This document shows, in pieces, positions 32,063 to 45,936 of a stretch of 64,000 nt of DNA. The DNA lies in assembly GCF_009914755.1 (NCBI RefSeq), contig NC_060927.1. The stretch is one strand, 5' to 3'. How positions within the stretch are numbered: the first letter of the stretch is position 1; every line of letters starts with the position of its first letter. This DNA is from the human T2T-CHM13v2.0 reference genome, Homo sapiens. The position numbers and the translations under genes were made by a program. Under the pieces are notes generated by a model, which searched no databases, was not told where the DNA came from, and was given only the letters and a program-made list of their open reading frames with translations.

Positions 32063-33117
32063 ACAATGAGAACACATGGACATAGGAAGGGGAACATCAC
32101 ACACCGGGGCCTGTTGTGGGGTGGGGGGAGGGGGAGGGATAGCATTAGGAGATACACCTAATGCTAAATGATGAGTTAATGGGTGCAGTACACCAACATG
32201 GCACATGTATACACATGTAACAAACCTGTACATTGTGCACATGCACTGTAAAACTTAAAGTACAATAATAATAAAATGAATGAATAAATAAATAAATAAA
32301 TAAAGGACTATACCAAGAATCACAGCTACCTTACTTTGGCCACATTCTCTGTCCCAATGTACTTGATGAGGTATTGTCAATGAGGTCTCATTTTTATTAT
32401 TCATTCATTCAAATATTTAATAAGCACCTACTACATGCTGGGTACTCATTGCGGCTCTACAAATAACAGCAATAATCACAGTCCCTACCCTTAAGGAGTT
32501 ACATTTTGGTTGAGAGAGATAGTAATGAAATTCATAGGTAAATACATAGTGGTCCGATGGAGATAAAAGCCACAGAAGGGCTCTTTTCAGGCCCTTCTTT
32601 CCCTGGCATGCTTACATAACAATACCCTCCTTCCCTCTGTGACAACACATACTTTCTTTGGATTTACTGATACTCATTACCTCAAGGACAGTAGGATAGC
32701 CAGCAATCAGTTCATCTCAAAGGTGACTTTGCATATCTTTTCTGTTGTGTATTTGTTTCATGCATGGTTACTCAGAGATCAATATGCTTTTCTAATTTCT
32801 AAATTCCTTCTTAGACAGTAATGGTAATTAATTATCCCTGGATCTTGCAAATGTAATGAGAGTGGGATCAATTTCACTGAGCTAAGCCTTTAGTCACTGT
32901 TTGGGGAGTTTGAGTCCTTTTTAGCCCTAGGATTGGTGTCCCTAGATGTCCAAGTTCCTTGCCTAAAGAGGCCTCATACTGAACCCACAACTACTTTTCT
33001 CCTGATTGGTATCCTACTCTGAATGACAGGGGATAACCAGTGAGAATTCTGCAGCTGTTACAAGTGAGATCACTTCAGAGCGAGGCTAGACTCCAGACCC
33101 ACTGGATCCATTAGACC

Positions 33118-33305
33118 AGAGGCTGACAAAGCTTTTCTGTAAAGGAACAGATACTGAATATTTTTTCTGGGCCATACACTCTCTGTCACTACTCAACACT
33201 GCCGTCGTAATCCTGAAGACATCATAGACAATATGTAAATGAATGGCATGGCCGTGTTCTAGTAAAATTTTATTTGCAAAAGTAAGCAGCCGGTTGGTCC
33301 CTGGT
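33118..33305 (-). mobile_element. MER58A-like hAT-Charlie MITE
   Basis: CTTTTCTGTAAAGG..AGATA..GAATATTTT..GGGCCATAC..CATAGACAATATGTAAATGAATGGCATGGCCGTGTTC matches my recollection of reverse MER58A. Confidence 0.8.
33269..33274 (-). terminator. Candidate distal HSPBAP1 poly(A) signal
   Basis: TTTATT on + (AATAAA on -) ~325 nt past the stop; proximal alternative at 33528-33533. Confidence 0.65.
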
Positions 33306-33598
33306 TGAGGCTGAGGAAGACATTACTTCCTGCTGGAAATACTTGGGACTTACATTTGACACAGGCTAAAAGTATGGGATGAGAGAGGAACAAAAGCTTA
33401 CAAACAAAGAGCAGCCAGTTTGGCCAAAGAGGAATGTGCATGAAAGAAGGTGGCAACAGACTGACATGTAATTCGGTAAGGATAAATACATTTACAAATG
33501 TGCAAACTGACCTTTTGCTGGTTCATCTTTATTTTAGTCATACTACTTAAAAATATATATTTAAAAAATATTATTTTAAAAGTCATCTTCCACTTGAA

Positions 33599-34129
33599 TC
33601 ATAAACTTCTTCCTTGTATCAAAAGTTGTGCCACTATCCTGGTTACTTGTGGATTCACCAAGCAGTCCAGCAAGTCATCCGTAGAAATGAATGTTTGAGG
33701 AGTCGTAGTAGTATTTGAGGCAATCTGTTCCTCAATTGCATTTTCACTGTTGCTCATTATTTGTTGTCTCTTGGCACAATGCAATTTTCCAAAGTGTTCT
33801 CCATCCTTGTCCACAAAGTCTTTCCCATCACTTCCAAATATGCCTCCTCTTTCTGAAGGCGGTTCTTCGGACCTCTGTGCTACAGGGACCAGATCAGGGC
33901 CAAAGGGACTTGCTGCCTCCGGTTTGTCTGTTCCTGTGGTCAAGTTCTGGCTACCTGTTTGGCCCACCTCCATGTGGTTGCACACATTTAATTCTTCCTT
34001 TTTCATGTGCTCTCCATCTGTTCTCAGTGCTTGGATTTCTACTACCTCAGATGTTCTGCAGCGATCAAAAAATGCAGAAACAGCTGCATTTAAGTAGCAA
34101 CAGTTGACTGCATGGGACGTTTCCTCAAC
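33599..34129 (-). CDS. HSPBAP1: HSPBAP1 last coding exon
   Basis: ttag|GTT; VEETSHAVNCCYLNAAV...FISTDDLLDCLVNPQVTRIVAQLLIQGRSL*. Confidence 0.93.
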   Translation of the reverse strand, partial: VEETSHAVNCCYLNAAVSAFFDRCRTSEVVEIQALRTDGEHMKKEELNVCNHMEVGQTGSQNLTTGTDKPEAASPFGPDLVPVAQRSEEPPSERGGIFGSDGKDFVDKDGEHFGKLHCAKRQQIMSNSENAIEEQIASNTTTTPQTFISTDDLLDCLVNPQVTRIVAQLLIQGRSL

Positions 34130-34256
34130 CTAAGGGAAGAGAAAAACCTTTTAAAATGGTTACATACATTTAGTTACACTGGAAAACATATGTTCTAGTC
34201 AGGGCTGGTTTACCACAGGAAACTAACTGCCATGATGAAGACCAGAAGCCGCCTAC

Positions 34257-34367
34257 CTCAGTGGGGTTTAACCAGGCTCTGGTATTTTGTGGATTCTCTG
34301 CAGTTTTCAGGGCACACACAAGCATACGGGTGATTGCCTCTTCTACCCGGGCTAGGTGATCCTCTTC
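34257..34367 (-). CDS. HSPBAP1: HSPBAP1 coding exon (probably exon 7)
   Basis: ttcag|GAA...GAG|gtagg; EEDHLARVEEAITRMLVCALKTAENPQNTRAWLNPTE; phase 0-0. Confidence 0.92.
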
Positions 34368-34849
34368 CTGAATTAAAAAAACACGCTTTTAACTTCTGTT
34401 AAGTCTCATGGCTTTTTAAGAGATAATAAAGTCTGTTTTAATTTCATCTTCTGTTCTCTCATTAATATAAGCTTTGTTATAGAAGGAATGAATATGCTAT
34501 TGGTAGAACCACAATTTTTGTGTATTTACTATCACCTGCCATCTAGAAGAGCTGCAGAATATTTCACCAATCAAATTTAAGTATGTATTCTATCTATAAG
34601 ACATGGCCTTAAGTATGAATCACCTTATGATATTTTCTCCAATCTTTTCCATTATTTGACATGTTTAAAGTTTTTTTTTTAAAGTACCACATACAGAGGA
34701 ATAATCCCTATAGAGTCTGACAAGCAAATTATTTCAGAGATGGAAGAAAAATTACAATAAACATGCTTGGCTACAAGAATGAGATGGCTATCCATCTAAA
34801 CGTGGCTTTAAGACAGAGTAAATATAAGGTATAGCATTAATGAGGAACT

Positions 34850-35783
34850 GCATTAAAATCAACAACTTCTGTTTACGAAAAAACACCACAAAGGAAAAAA
34901 ACAAACTAGATGCCTGTAACATATATAACTGATAAAATATTAATGTGTAGAATAATCTACACATATCAATAAGAGAAATGAGCAAATTTTAAAAAATGGG
35001 CAAAAGACACAATGATAAGCATTTTAAAAAGGAGCAATCAGAGGACTAATAAACATATGAAGATATGTTTAGCCTCCAGGGAAGTGCAAATTGAGAAATC
35101 CATGAAATTGGCAAAAAGGGGCCTGATAGTTCCAAGTGGGACATTGAGAGACAAAAGTCTTATACACTAATGGGAAAGCAAACTGATAGAGACATTTGGA
35201 AAACATGGGTGGCATTATCTCGTAAACTTGAGTATTGTATACCCTATGGACCAGCAATACCACTCTGAGATTTATACACAGTCTAGATAAACTTTTGCAC
35301 ATGTGTGCCAGGAAACATGTACAAGAATATTCTGTTCATAGAAGCAAAAAATTGAACACTGAATCATCCATCAATAGAACAATGAATAATATATAAATTA
35401 TTATAAATATAATAAATTATTGATATATATACATATATTAATATATGAATAGTAACTAAAATAGTAACAATGAATAAATATTAATAATGAATAAATTATG
35501 GGCTACCTTAACACAGTATTATATCACAGTGAAAAGGAATGAACAGCTTACATGTGACAACACAAATGAATCTTAGAAACACAATATTGAACTTAAAAAA
35601 GCAAATCTCCATGATGAGATATGACTTCACACCAGGATAGTGCTAATAAAAAAAAGACAGATATTAACAAGTGTTGGTGAGGATGCAGAGAAATCAGAAT
35701 CTTCATACATTGCTGGTGGGAATGTAAAATGGTGCTTCAGAAACCTGGGAGTTCCTCAAAAGGTTAAACACAGAGTTACCATA
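34850..35783 (+). mobile_element. Old L1M 3' ORF2 fragments
   Basis: AAAATGGGCAAAAGAC, CAAGTGTTGGTGAGGATGCAGAGAAA, CATTGCTGGTGGGAATGTAAAATGG motifs. Confidence 0.7.
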
Positions 35784-36130
35784 TGTAATGATTAATTTTG
35801 AGTCAAGGTGGCTAGACAATAGCACCCAGTTGTTTGGTCAAACAATAATCTGGATGTTGCTGTGAAGATAACTTGAAGATATTATTAGCATTTACAATCA
35901 ACTGACTTTATGTAAAGGAGATTATACTCAATAATGTATGTGGTCCTTACCCAATTAGTTGAAGTCCTTAAGAGCAAAAACTGAGATGTCTTAGAGAAAA
36001 AAATTCTGCCTCAAGACTGTAATAGAAGTCCTATGTGAGTTTCCAGCCTGCCAGCCTGCCCTACAAATTTCAGACATGCCAGCCACTACAATCAAGTAAG
36101 CCCATTCCTTAAAGTAAATCTCAATCTCTT
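35784..36130 (+). mobile_element. MLT2 (ERVL) LTR, 5' part; 3' end displaced and inverted
   Basis: TGTAATGATTAATTTT..GTCAA..TGGTCAAACA..TCTGGATGTTGCTGTGAAG; preceded by CCATA (TSD). Confidence 0.8.
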
Positions 36131-36541
36131 GTTCTCTATATAAATACAGACATTTCTATCTATGTATTTATAGATATCTACATTTACGTACATGTAGACA
36201 TCATGTAAAGATATCTATCTACGTATATACTCATACGAATGGGATTACTGGATCATATGGTGTATCGGAGTTCCTCAGAGAAACAGAACCAACAGAAGAT
36301 ACAGTCAGATAACCAGATACAGACATAACACATAACATTAGATTCATTATATACCATAAGATTTAGCCAGGCTATAGCATGCATCAGTATTTCATTCCTT
36401 GTGATAGTTGAAAAACATTCCATTGTACACATATACCACATTTTGTTTATCCACTCATCAGATGATTGATATTTGAGTTGTGTCACTTTGGGCTATTATG
36501 AATACTACTACTGTAAACATTCGTGTAGAAGTTTTTGTGTG

Positions 36542-36838
<297 letters not shown>

Positions 36839-37119
36839 TTTTTGTGTGGACATATATTTTCATTTTTCTTGGGTATACACCTAGGAATGGAATTGCTGGG
36901 TCATATGGTATATCAGTCAAGGTTCTCCAAAGAAAGAGAACCAATAGAAAAAAATATATATGTGTGCATATGTGTACAGAGATAAGACAGATGGATAGAT
37001 GGACAGATAATGTGACAAAACTTTTTTGTTTAAACAAGAGAATGAGGAGAGTGAACGGAACAGACAGGAAAGGGATTGGGAAGAACACAGCACAAATGCA
37101 AGTTACTGATAAAATTCTA

Positions 37120-37290
<171 letters not shown>

Positions 37291-38665
37291 CTAGTTTTCG
37301 GGTTAGGTAATGAGTTTACTGGTGCTCGTTGTATTATATATTATGTTACATATTCTTTTATATGTATAAATATAACAAAAGATATAACAAAGGAAAAATG
37401 CTGAGAATGAGAAAAAGCTTTAAAATTAACAAAATATTTTCTAAAAATGTTTAGAAAAAATACTGATAAATACATTTCAATACTCGAATAAGGAGGTGAA
37501 AAAGATGAAAAGGCACCAGCCAAGAAGAAATGAATCCTGCACCACTTGAACAGAGCTAAAATCTCTACTCTTTTCCAAGTATGTGATTCATGAAAGCAAT
37601 ATCAGAACCTGGGGTTAACTTGAGTTATATAAGTATGGTAGGCTCTAAAACCTATGAGCTTTTTGGAGCTAAATTTGGCAAAAAGAAGGAATTATTGTCC
37701 AATGTTGAAGAGACAATGATAAAAGCAACATATGACAGAGAAAGATATGATTATTTAACTCCAGTTGTGCATTCCAGTTTTTCAATAAACATTGAATGGC
37801 CTTCAAACAGAATTATACAGAAAGATGTTGAAGAAGGAACTGGAGGTCTGGTTTGGTGAAGGACAGAAATCATCCACTTGAAATCAGCATGAAGTTCTTA
37901 GCTACCATACTTCTAAGTACTACCTTGGAGTCTGTTTATAGTCAACGATACTAATCCTTTGGAAAATTATACAAAAGATGACTAAATAGTATATAATAAG
38001 CCTTTTAAAACACTGTGGTGAAGTCTTTCATGTTATTGAGGCCATGTAAATGCATATCTAAATAAAATATGAACAAACAGTATTAAAAACAGTATATCAA
38101 AACCAAGTGGTATTTACTCCAGAAATTAAGGATGAATCAATATTAGGCAATCAATTGATATAATTTATTGCAATACCAGGTGTTTACTAAAGAAGAATAT
38201 TATGTAATCATCTTTATCAATTCAACAAAATTCAATACCTTTTCCTGATTTTGAAAAAAACAAAAAGTAATGAAATAGAAATTGATGGATACTTAATATG
38301 ATAAAACACATACAACTCAGCCGCAAATCTAGCATTTCATAGTCAGGAACAAGACAAGGATGCCCACTATCTCCCCTATTATTAATGAATTGGATGGATT
38401 AGCCAATGTAATCAGACCAAATCTCCACCCCCACCCCACAATTATAGGCAAACAAATTAGAAAGGAAGAAGAAAAACTATCTTAATTTTCAGGTAATCTG
38501 AGAGATACCTGAAAACCCCAGAAAGTCAATATAAAACTACCACAAAATAAAATAATTCAAATTAACACAAAAATCAATAGCTATCATATACACTAATAAT
38601 ATCCAGTTAGAAGACAGAATGGAAGAGAAGACCTTACCCTAGCAGCAAAAAAAGATGAAATATGG

Positions 38666-39360
38666 CAGTCCGCCCTTATCTGCAGTTTCGCTTTCCACAG
38701 TTTCAGTTACCCGTGGGCAATCTCAGTCAGAAAATATTAAGTGAAAAATTCCAGAATTAAACAATTTATAAGCTTTAAGTTTCATGCAATTCTGAGTAGT
38801 GTGATGAAATCTCTCACCATTCCACTCCACACAGTATACATCACCTGCCTCTGAGTCACTCAGTAGTTAGCTCAGTGATCAGATCACTGTCATGGTATTT
38901 GCAGTGCCTATATTCAAGGAACCCTTATTTTACTTAATAATAGCCCCAAAGTACAAGAGTTGTGATGCTGGCAATTTGGATATGCCAAAGACAAGGCATA
39001 AAGTGCTTCCTTTAAGTGAAAAGGTGAAAGTTCTCGACTTAATAAGGAGAAGGAAAACCAGCATGCTGAGGTTACTAAGGTCTATGGTAAGAAGAAATCT
39101 TCTATCTACAAAACTGTCAAGAGAAAAAATTATGGTAGTTTTGCTATCACACCTCAAACTGCAAAAGCTGCAGCCACAGTGCATAAGTGCTTAGTTAAAA
39201 TGGATTAAGTTTGCATCTTAGCTAAGACATTACATTTGTAGGTGGAAGGCATGAACAGAAAAGTGTTGACTGATTACAATCGGGTTTGGTAATACTCGGG
39301 GTTTCAGTAATCCACTGGGGATCTTGGAATATATCCCCCGAGGATAAGGAGATACTACTG
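38666..39360 (+). mobile_element. MER44/Tigger7-derived TcMar-Tigger DNA transposon
   Basis: TIR-like ends CAGT..CCCTTATC / GATAAGG..ACTACTG+TA; transposase HTH remnant MPKTRHKVLPLSEKVKVLDLIR. Confidence 0.85.
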
Positions 39361-39856
39361 TATTTAGGAATAAACATTTAAAAGAAATGTGCAAAGCTTA
39401 TGTGAGGAAAACTTTAAAACACAGCTGTAAAAACAAAAACAAACAAAACTGAACTTGGATACATGGAAAGGCACCTAATTTGTGGACAGAACAATTCAAC
39501 ATCATAAAGCTCAGATAAAATTTAATATGGATCAAAAAAAAACATCAAAAGGTTTTTTTTTTTTTTCCTAAAGCTAGACAAGCTGATTTTAAAGAACACA
39601 TTAAAAAAACAGAGGCAAGAATAGCCAGAAAAACCCTGCAAAACAAAGCAATGGTCAGTCCTACTGATGTTAAAACATAAGACCTCACTAAATAAATAGG
39701 CAGAAAGACCAATGGACAAAATAGACCCAGATATGTTCAGGTATCTAGTATATGATTAAACAGACATTTCAAATCATGAAGGGAAAACAAACTGTAAAAT
39801 AAATGATGGTCCTGACAATCCTATTACCATTTTGGAAAAGATAAAATTAGATCTCA

Positions 39857-41653
39857 GCTCTCTCCTCTCTCCTCTCTCCTCTCTCTCTCCTCTCCCCTCT
39901 CCCCTCTCCCCACGGTCTCCCTCTCCCTCTCTTTCCACGGTCTCCCTCTGATGCCGAGCCGAAGCTGGACTGTACTGCTGCCATCTCGGCTCACTGCAAC
40001 CTCCCTGCCTGATTCTCCTGCCTCGGCCTGCCGAGTGCCTGCGATTGCAGGCGCGCGCCGCCACGCCTGGCTGGTTTTCGTATTTTTTTGGTGGAGATGG
40101 GGTTTCACTGTGTTGGCCGTGCTGGTCTCCAGCTCCTAACCGCGAGTGATCTGCCAGCCTCGGCCTCCCGAGGTGCCGGGATTGCAGACGGAGTCTCGTT
40201 CACTCAGTGCTCAATGGTGCCCAGGCTGGAGTGCAGTGGCGTGATCTCGGCTCGCTACAACCTCCACCTCCCAGCCGCCTGCCTTGGCCTCCCAAAGTGC
40301 CAAGATTGCAGCCTCTGCCCGGCCGCCACCCCATCTGGGAAGTGAGGAGCATCTCTGCCTGGCCGCCTATCGTCTGGGATGTGAGGAGCCCCTCTGCCCG
40401 GCTGCCCAGTCTGGAAAGTGAGGAGCATCTCTGCCCGGCCGCCATCCCATCTAGGAAGTGAGGAGTGCCTCTTCCCGGCTGCCATCCCATCTAGGAAGTG
40501 AGGAGCGTCTCTGCCCGGCCGCCCATCGTCTGAGATGTGGGGAGCGCCTCTGCCCGGCCGCGACCCCATCTAGGAAGTGAGGAGCGTCTCTGCCCGGCCG
40601 CCCCGTCTGAGAAGTGAGGAGACCCTCCGCCTGGCAACCGCCCCATCTGAGAAATGAGGAGCCCCTCCGCCCGGCAACCACACCGTCTGGGAAGTGAGGA
40701 GCGTCTCCGCCCGGCCAGCCGCCCTGTCTGGGAGGGAGGTCGGGGGGGTCAGCCCCCCTCCCGGCCAGCCGCCCCGTCTCGGAGGGAGGTGGGGGTCAGC
40801 CCCCTGCCCGGCCAGCCGCCCCGTCCGGGAGGGAGGTGGGGGGTCAGCGCCCCGCCCGGCCAGCCGCCCCATCTGGGAGGGAGGTGGGGGGGTCAGCCCC
40901 CCGCCCGGCCAGCCGCCCCGTCCGGGAGGTGAGGGGCGCCTCTGCCCAGCCGCCCCTACTGGGAAGTGAGGAGCCCCTCTGCCCGGCCAGCCGCCCCGTC
41001 CCGGAGGGAGGTGGGGGGGTCAGCCCCCCGCCCGGCCAGCCGCCCTGTCCGGGAGGTGAGGGGCGCCTCTGCCCAGCCGCCCCTACTGGGAAGTGAGGAG
41101 CCCCTGTGCCCGGCCGCCACCCCGTCTGGGAGGTGTACCCAACAGCTCATTGAGAACGGGCCATGATGACAATGGCGGTTTTGTGGAATAGAAAGGGGGG
41201 AACGGTGGGGAAAAGATTGAGAAATCGGATGGTTGCCGTGTCTGTGTAGAAAGAAGTAGACATGGGAAACTTTTCATTTTGTTCTGTACTAAGAAAAATT
41301 CTTCGGCCTTGGGATCCTGTTGATCTGTGACTTTACCCCCAACCCTGTGCTCTCTGAAACATGTGCTGTGTCCACTCAGGGTTAAATGGATTAAGGGTGG
41401 TGCAAGATGTGCTTTGTTAAACAGACGCCTGAAGGCAGCGTGCTCGTTGAGAGTCATCACCACTCCCTAATCTCAAGTACCCAGGGACACAAACACTGCG
41501 GAAGGCCGCAGGGTCCTCTGCCTAGGAAAACCAGAGACCTTTGTTCACTTGTTTATCTGCTGACCTTCCCTCCACTATTGTCCTATGACCCTGCCAAATC
41601 CCCCTCTGTGAGAAACACCCAAGAATGATCAATTAAAAAAAAAAAAAGAAAAA
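39857..41653 (+). mobile_element. Full-length SVA retrotransposon, antisense in an HSPBAP1 intron
   Basis: CT-rich/CCCTCT head, Alu-like domain, GC-rich VNTR, SINE-R, poly-A; TSD AAAATTAGATCTCA at 39843-39856 and 41654-41667. Confidence 0.97.
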
Positions 41654-42831
41654 AAAATTAGATCTCAAACTTATACTATATCCTAGTGAAAAACTTCCAA
41701 ATGGATAAGAGATCGAAATGCAAAAAACATGAAACAATCTAAATTCTAACACAAAACATTGGTGAATTCCTTTATGACCTGGAAAGGGTCATATGACCTT
41801 GGTTTCTAATTATGACTCAAAAACAATAAAGTTCAACAACAGATTTTGTTGGTGAGGCTGTGGAGGAAACAAGCACTTTCACATACTACTAATGGAAATG
41901 CAAAATGGCACAATCACAATGAAGCTGAATTTGGCAAAACCTAACAAAATTAAAGATACATTTACCCTATGACATGGCAAATCCATTGTTAAGATCTCCC
42001 CCAAAGACACACTTCAACAAATATAAAACAACATATGCACAAGGTTATTCAGTGGCATTATTTGTAATTACAAAAGACTGGAAACAACCCAAACATCTAT
42101 CCTTAAAGGAACTAATGAACAGTAGAGCACCCATACAGTGAAGTACTAGACAGTGGTTGAAGAAAAATATGAATATTTCTCTGTACTATTATGTAGTGAA
42201 ATTCAAGATATTATTGTTGAAAAAAGCAAGGTATGGAACACTATAGTTTATTACTTTCTATGGAATAAAGGATAGAAAATTTAAAATATATTTGAATAAG
42301 TATATAAATAAGTAAAGACATATTTATATGCTTATGCACTTTGTACATATAAGACTGTTTATATACTTATTTACATATATAAATATATCTATTCATTTAC
42401 TTACTTTTATATATAGATATAGATATATATGTTTACAAGAAACACTGGAAATGATAAACCAGAAATGAATAAAAATGGATCTCTATAAAGGTTGGGAAAA
42501 ATGGAGTGGATGGAACAGGGATGAAAGGCAGACTTCCCTGAGTATAACTTTTAACATAGTTTTGACAAGTTAAATGTTCTACATATTTAAAATATTAAAT
42601 TAGATCAAAATTTTAAAAAGGTAAATCCTAAAATTGAAAACAAACTGAAACAAATGAACTTAACTAAATATCCAATTAGTAAAATAACCATAAATGAAAA
42701 GAATTCCTTCACAATGACTCCTGAATAAAGGACTTTGTATCTATCCCTCTTAGTGATAGATACAGTCTAATAATAAAAAGAATTGCAAAGAAATCTTAAT
42801 TTTTACTTGCAAGCTTTATGGTTAGTAGTAA

Positions 42832-43164
<333 letters not shown>

Positions 43165-43212
43165 AAATTTGATATCTTAAAAAATATATTGCTGGATACA
43201 GCAAACAAGTAA

Positions 43213-43527
<315 letters not shown>

Positions 43528-43626
43528 TTATGTTACTGTTTTTAAGGACCCAGATTTTCAGTGTTAAGAGAAGAGATAAAAATACAGAAACAAATAAAAA
43601 ATTCTATCATGTTAAACTTGAATTAG

Positions 43627-43728
43627 ATACTTTTATAGTTCATAAGTCTGATGATTGGGTGTCATGCTCATGTGTGAGACATGCCTCCCTTAAGCCTTGT
43701 TATGACGTCAGCATATTACCTGTCTAGA
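43627..43728 (+). pseudogene. U13 (SNORD13) C/D snoRNA retrocopy
   Basis: ATACTTTTATAGTTCATAAGTCTGATGATTGGGTG...CCTTGTTATGACGTCAGCATATTACCTGTCTAGA resembles U13; box C TGATGA intact, box D altered; TSD TGAATTAGA. Confidence 0.85.
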
Positions 43729-43770
43729 TATATTTTTTAAACACATGAATTAGAAATATAAATACATCAA

Positions 43771-43816
<46 letters not shown>

Positions 43817-43832
43817 ATCTATCTATCTATCT
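43771..43832. repeat. (TATC)n microsatellite
   Basis: Direct reading. Confidence 0.92.
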
Positions 43833-44119
43833 CACATTCTAGCTACATCACTGAAAGAGCCTAGAAACACTGACACCCAGGAGCAATGAACAGATTTAGA
43901 GCTGAGATCTCAGTTTCTAAATGCCATTTCCTACAAAAAGAACTGTGGCTACCTGGAGAAATGATTGACTTCCAAGTGTGGGGCACTAAAGGAGAAAGGC
44001 TATCCTGGGATATCTTCCTGTGCCAGAAAGCCAGGATACACTCAAAGTCTAATTAACGGGGACATATCAAAAGGGCACAGGCCAGCTTGAAGTTTCACTA
44101 AAATGACAGATAAGACCCA

Positions 44120-44860
44120 AATTTAAAATTATCTTGTCAAGCTGGAATGCTCAACCAAACCAATATGATGAAAATTAACAGGGATGACTGTGAAATACTG
44201 GATTTAGAATTAAAATCAGCTTTATAGGTACAGGATAGGATTCAACCTGCCTGACAGCAGATCATGTGAAAAAAAATCACAGATATTTTAAAGTTGAATA
44301 TGAAACTAAAGTGAGATGAGATTACTTAAAAAACTAACCCAATATTACAAGCAGCACTGGAGATATTTAGGATCGAGATCATGTGGGGTAGAAATCTTAT
44401 ACTCTACCAAATAAGGCCTACTGATATTCAGTTTTAGGCACTATATATTAAGAGAACTATTCTTGACATAATAGCTCTCCCTCCTCCTCATAGCAATTTC
44501 TACTTTTTAAACACTTCCCATATGCCACGCACTATATTAGATGCTTTTACAATGTGTTGTCCAATTACTCTACTGAGGTGGGTTCAATTATAATCCTCAT
44601 TTTACAAGAAAATGGAGGCTTGAAGAGATTAAGTAATTATCTATGTTAGACAGCTAACAAAGGTAACCTGTATCTTAAAGTTGCCTGATTCCAAAGTCTA
44701 TGGCCAGAATGGTAAAAAGTCTGGAAAAAGGAAAAAATCACCCATAAAAACACCCCATTAAAGAAAGTAAGAGGTTTTGAGCATGGAAGAAGAAAAGATT
44801 ATGGAAAAACTTGGAGGTATTTTCAAATATTTTAAAAAGATGACAGCTCTACTCTTTAAC
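44120..44860 (+). mobile_element. CR1/L3 LINE relic with an embedded MIR-like piece (~44520-44700)
   Basis: GATGAAAATTAACAGGGATGACTGTGAAATACTG...TACAGGATAGG...CAGCAGATCATGTGAAAA resembles L3 RT 3' region. Confidence 0.55.
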
Positions 44861-45852
44861 AACAAGCGAACTTCCTTGGGAGGTGAAGCACCTGTCAGGG
44901 CTATTGTAGATATGACTTTGGCATTGGGAGTGGAAGTTCTCCATGGATTCTACCTTGACATCTGCTGCAACTCCAGTTCAGCATGCTATAGGCGAAATTT
45001 CTGTGACGCTACTGATCTCCTGCCATACCTCTCACTTAAGCCTCAAGGGCTACAACTCTTCACTAAGCCCACACAACATAGCTTTCTGTAACAATATTCC
45101 TTCTGTTCCACTGATTCCAAAGCCATTCCTATTAGCAAAGGATAGGAAAAACTAGACTAGGGAGAGGATACGGCTGTCAAACAGAGCAGAAAGATGCAAT
45201 CCAGGCTTCAGGTCAAGGAGAGCAGAGATGCAGTCAGGGCCTCTGGTTAAAGAGAGGCAGCTGCAATTAAGGCCCCAGTTGAAGAGACAGACTTGAGCAT
45301 AACAAGCAGCTATTCTAATTGTCAAATAGAGCAGGCAACCAGGATTAAGCTTAACACATCAGAGGGAAAGGCTTCTGGCAGAAATGAAATGATAAAAACC
45401 TAGCACTGAAAGAAAGACTCCGCTTTGAGAATATGTAGAAGCCAAGACAGAATTCTGCAATTAGTAATGACCCTGAACCAAGAAGCAGGTATTTCCAGCC
45501 CAGATGGTGTGAAAGAGGAGCGGCAACAAGGGACACATATCGGCAAATCTGGCCAGGCCCAATACAATTTTCCTAACAACACTGGTCAAGGGAAAGGACC
45601 CTGCATGCCAGCATCAGGCGCATTCTGTGTCCTTAAAAGAAAGAGAGTGGCACACCACTAAAATTCCAATTTCCAACCTAAACATCCATTAACAGAAGAC
45701 AGAATGCATACGTTATAGTGCACTGCAACAAAAAAATACTGAAGCATTGGTTAAAAAAAATTAATTACCCAGTTGTACAGCCAGACCTTATATATCTTTT
45801 AAAAGCATGATTTGCACTTACTTAAAAAAAAAAAAAAACAACGAAAAAGTAC

Positions 45853-45936
45853 CAGTTCAATCCATGAGTTTATACTGACAGTGACAGGATCAATGGATTC
45901 TACGTAATGCCACCAGTGTCTGGGAACAAAGAGAAC
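45853..45936 (-). CDS. HSPBAP1: HSPBAP1 coding exon (JmjC C-terminal, third Fe ligand His)
   Basis: tcag|GTT...CTG|gtac; VLFVPRHWWHYVESIDPVTVSINSWIEL. Confidence 0.95.

Noticed and set aside
33715-34107. Two + strand ORFs (130 and 115 aa) antisense to the last HSPBAP1 exon
   Set aside because: Non-ATG starts and no recognisable domain; typical shadow ORFs of a coding exon.
37820-37859. GTGGLVW resembling the family-16 methyltransferase TG-x-x-x-W motif
   Set aside because: Followed immediately by a stop, with no downstream motif I; likely coincidental.
40300-41140. Regularly repeated GC-rich units resembling a CRISPR-like or designed array, with many overlapping ORFs
   Set aside because: This is the SVA VNTR: no unique spacers, flanked by Alu-like and SINE-R domains and TSDs. 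The ORFs reflect GC-richness.
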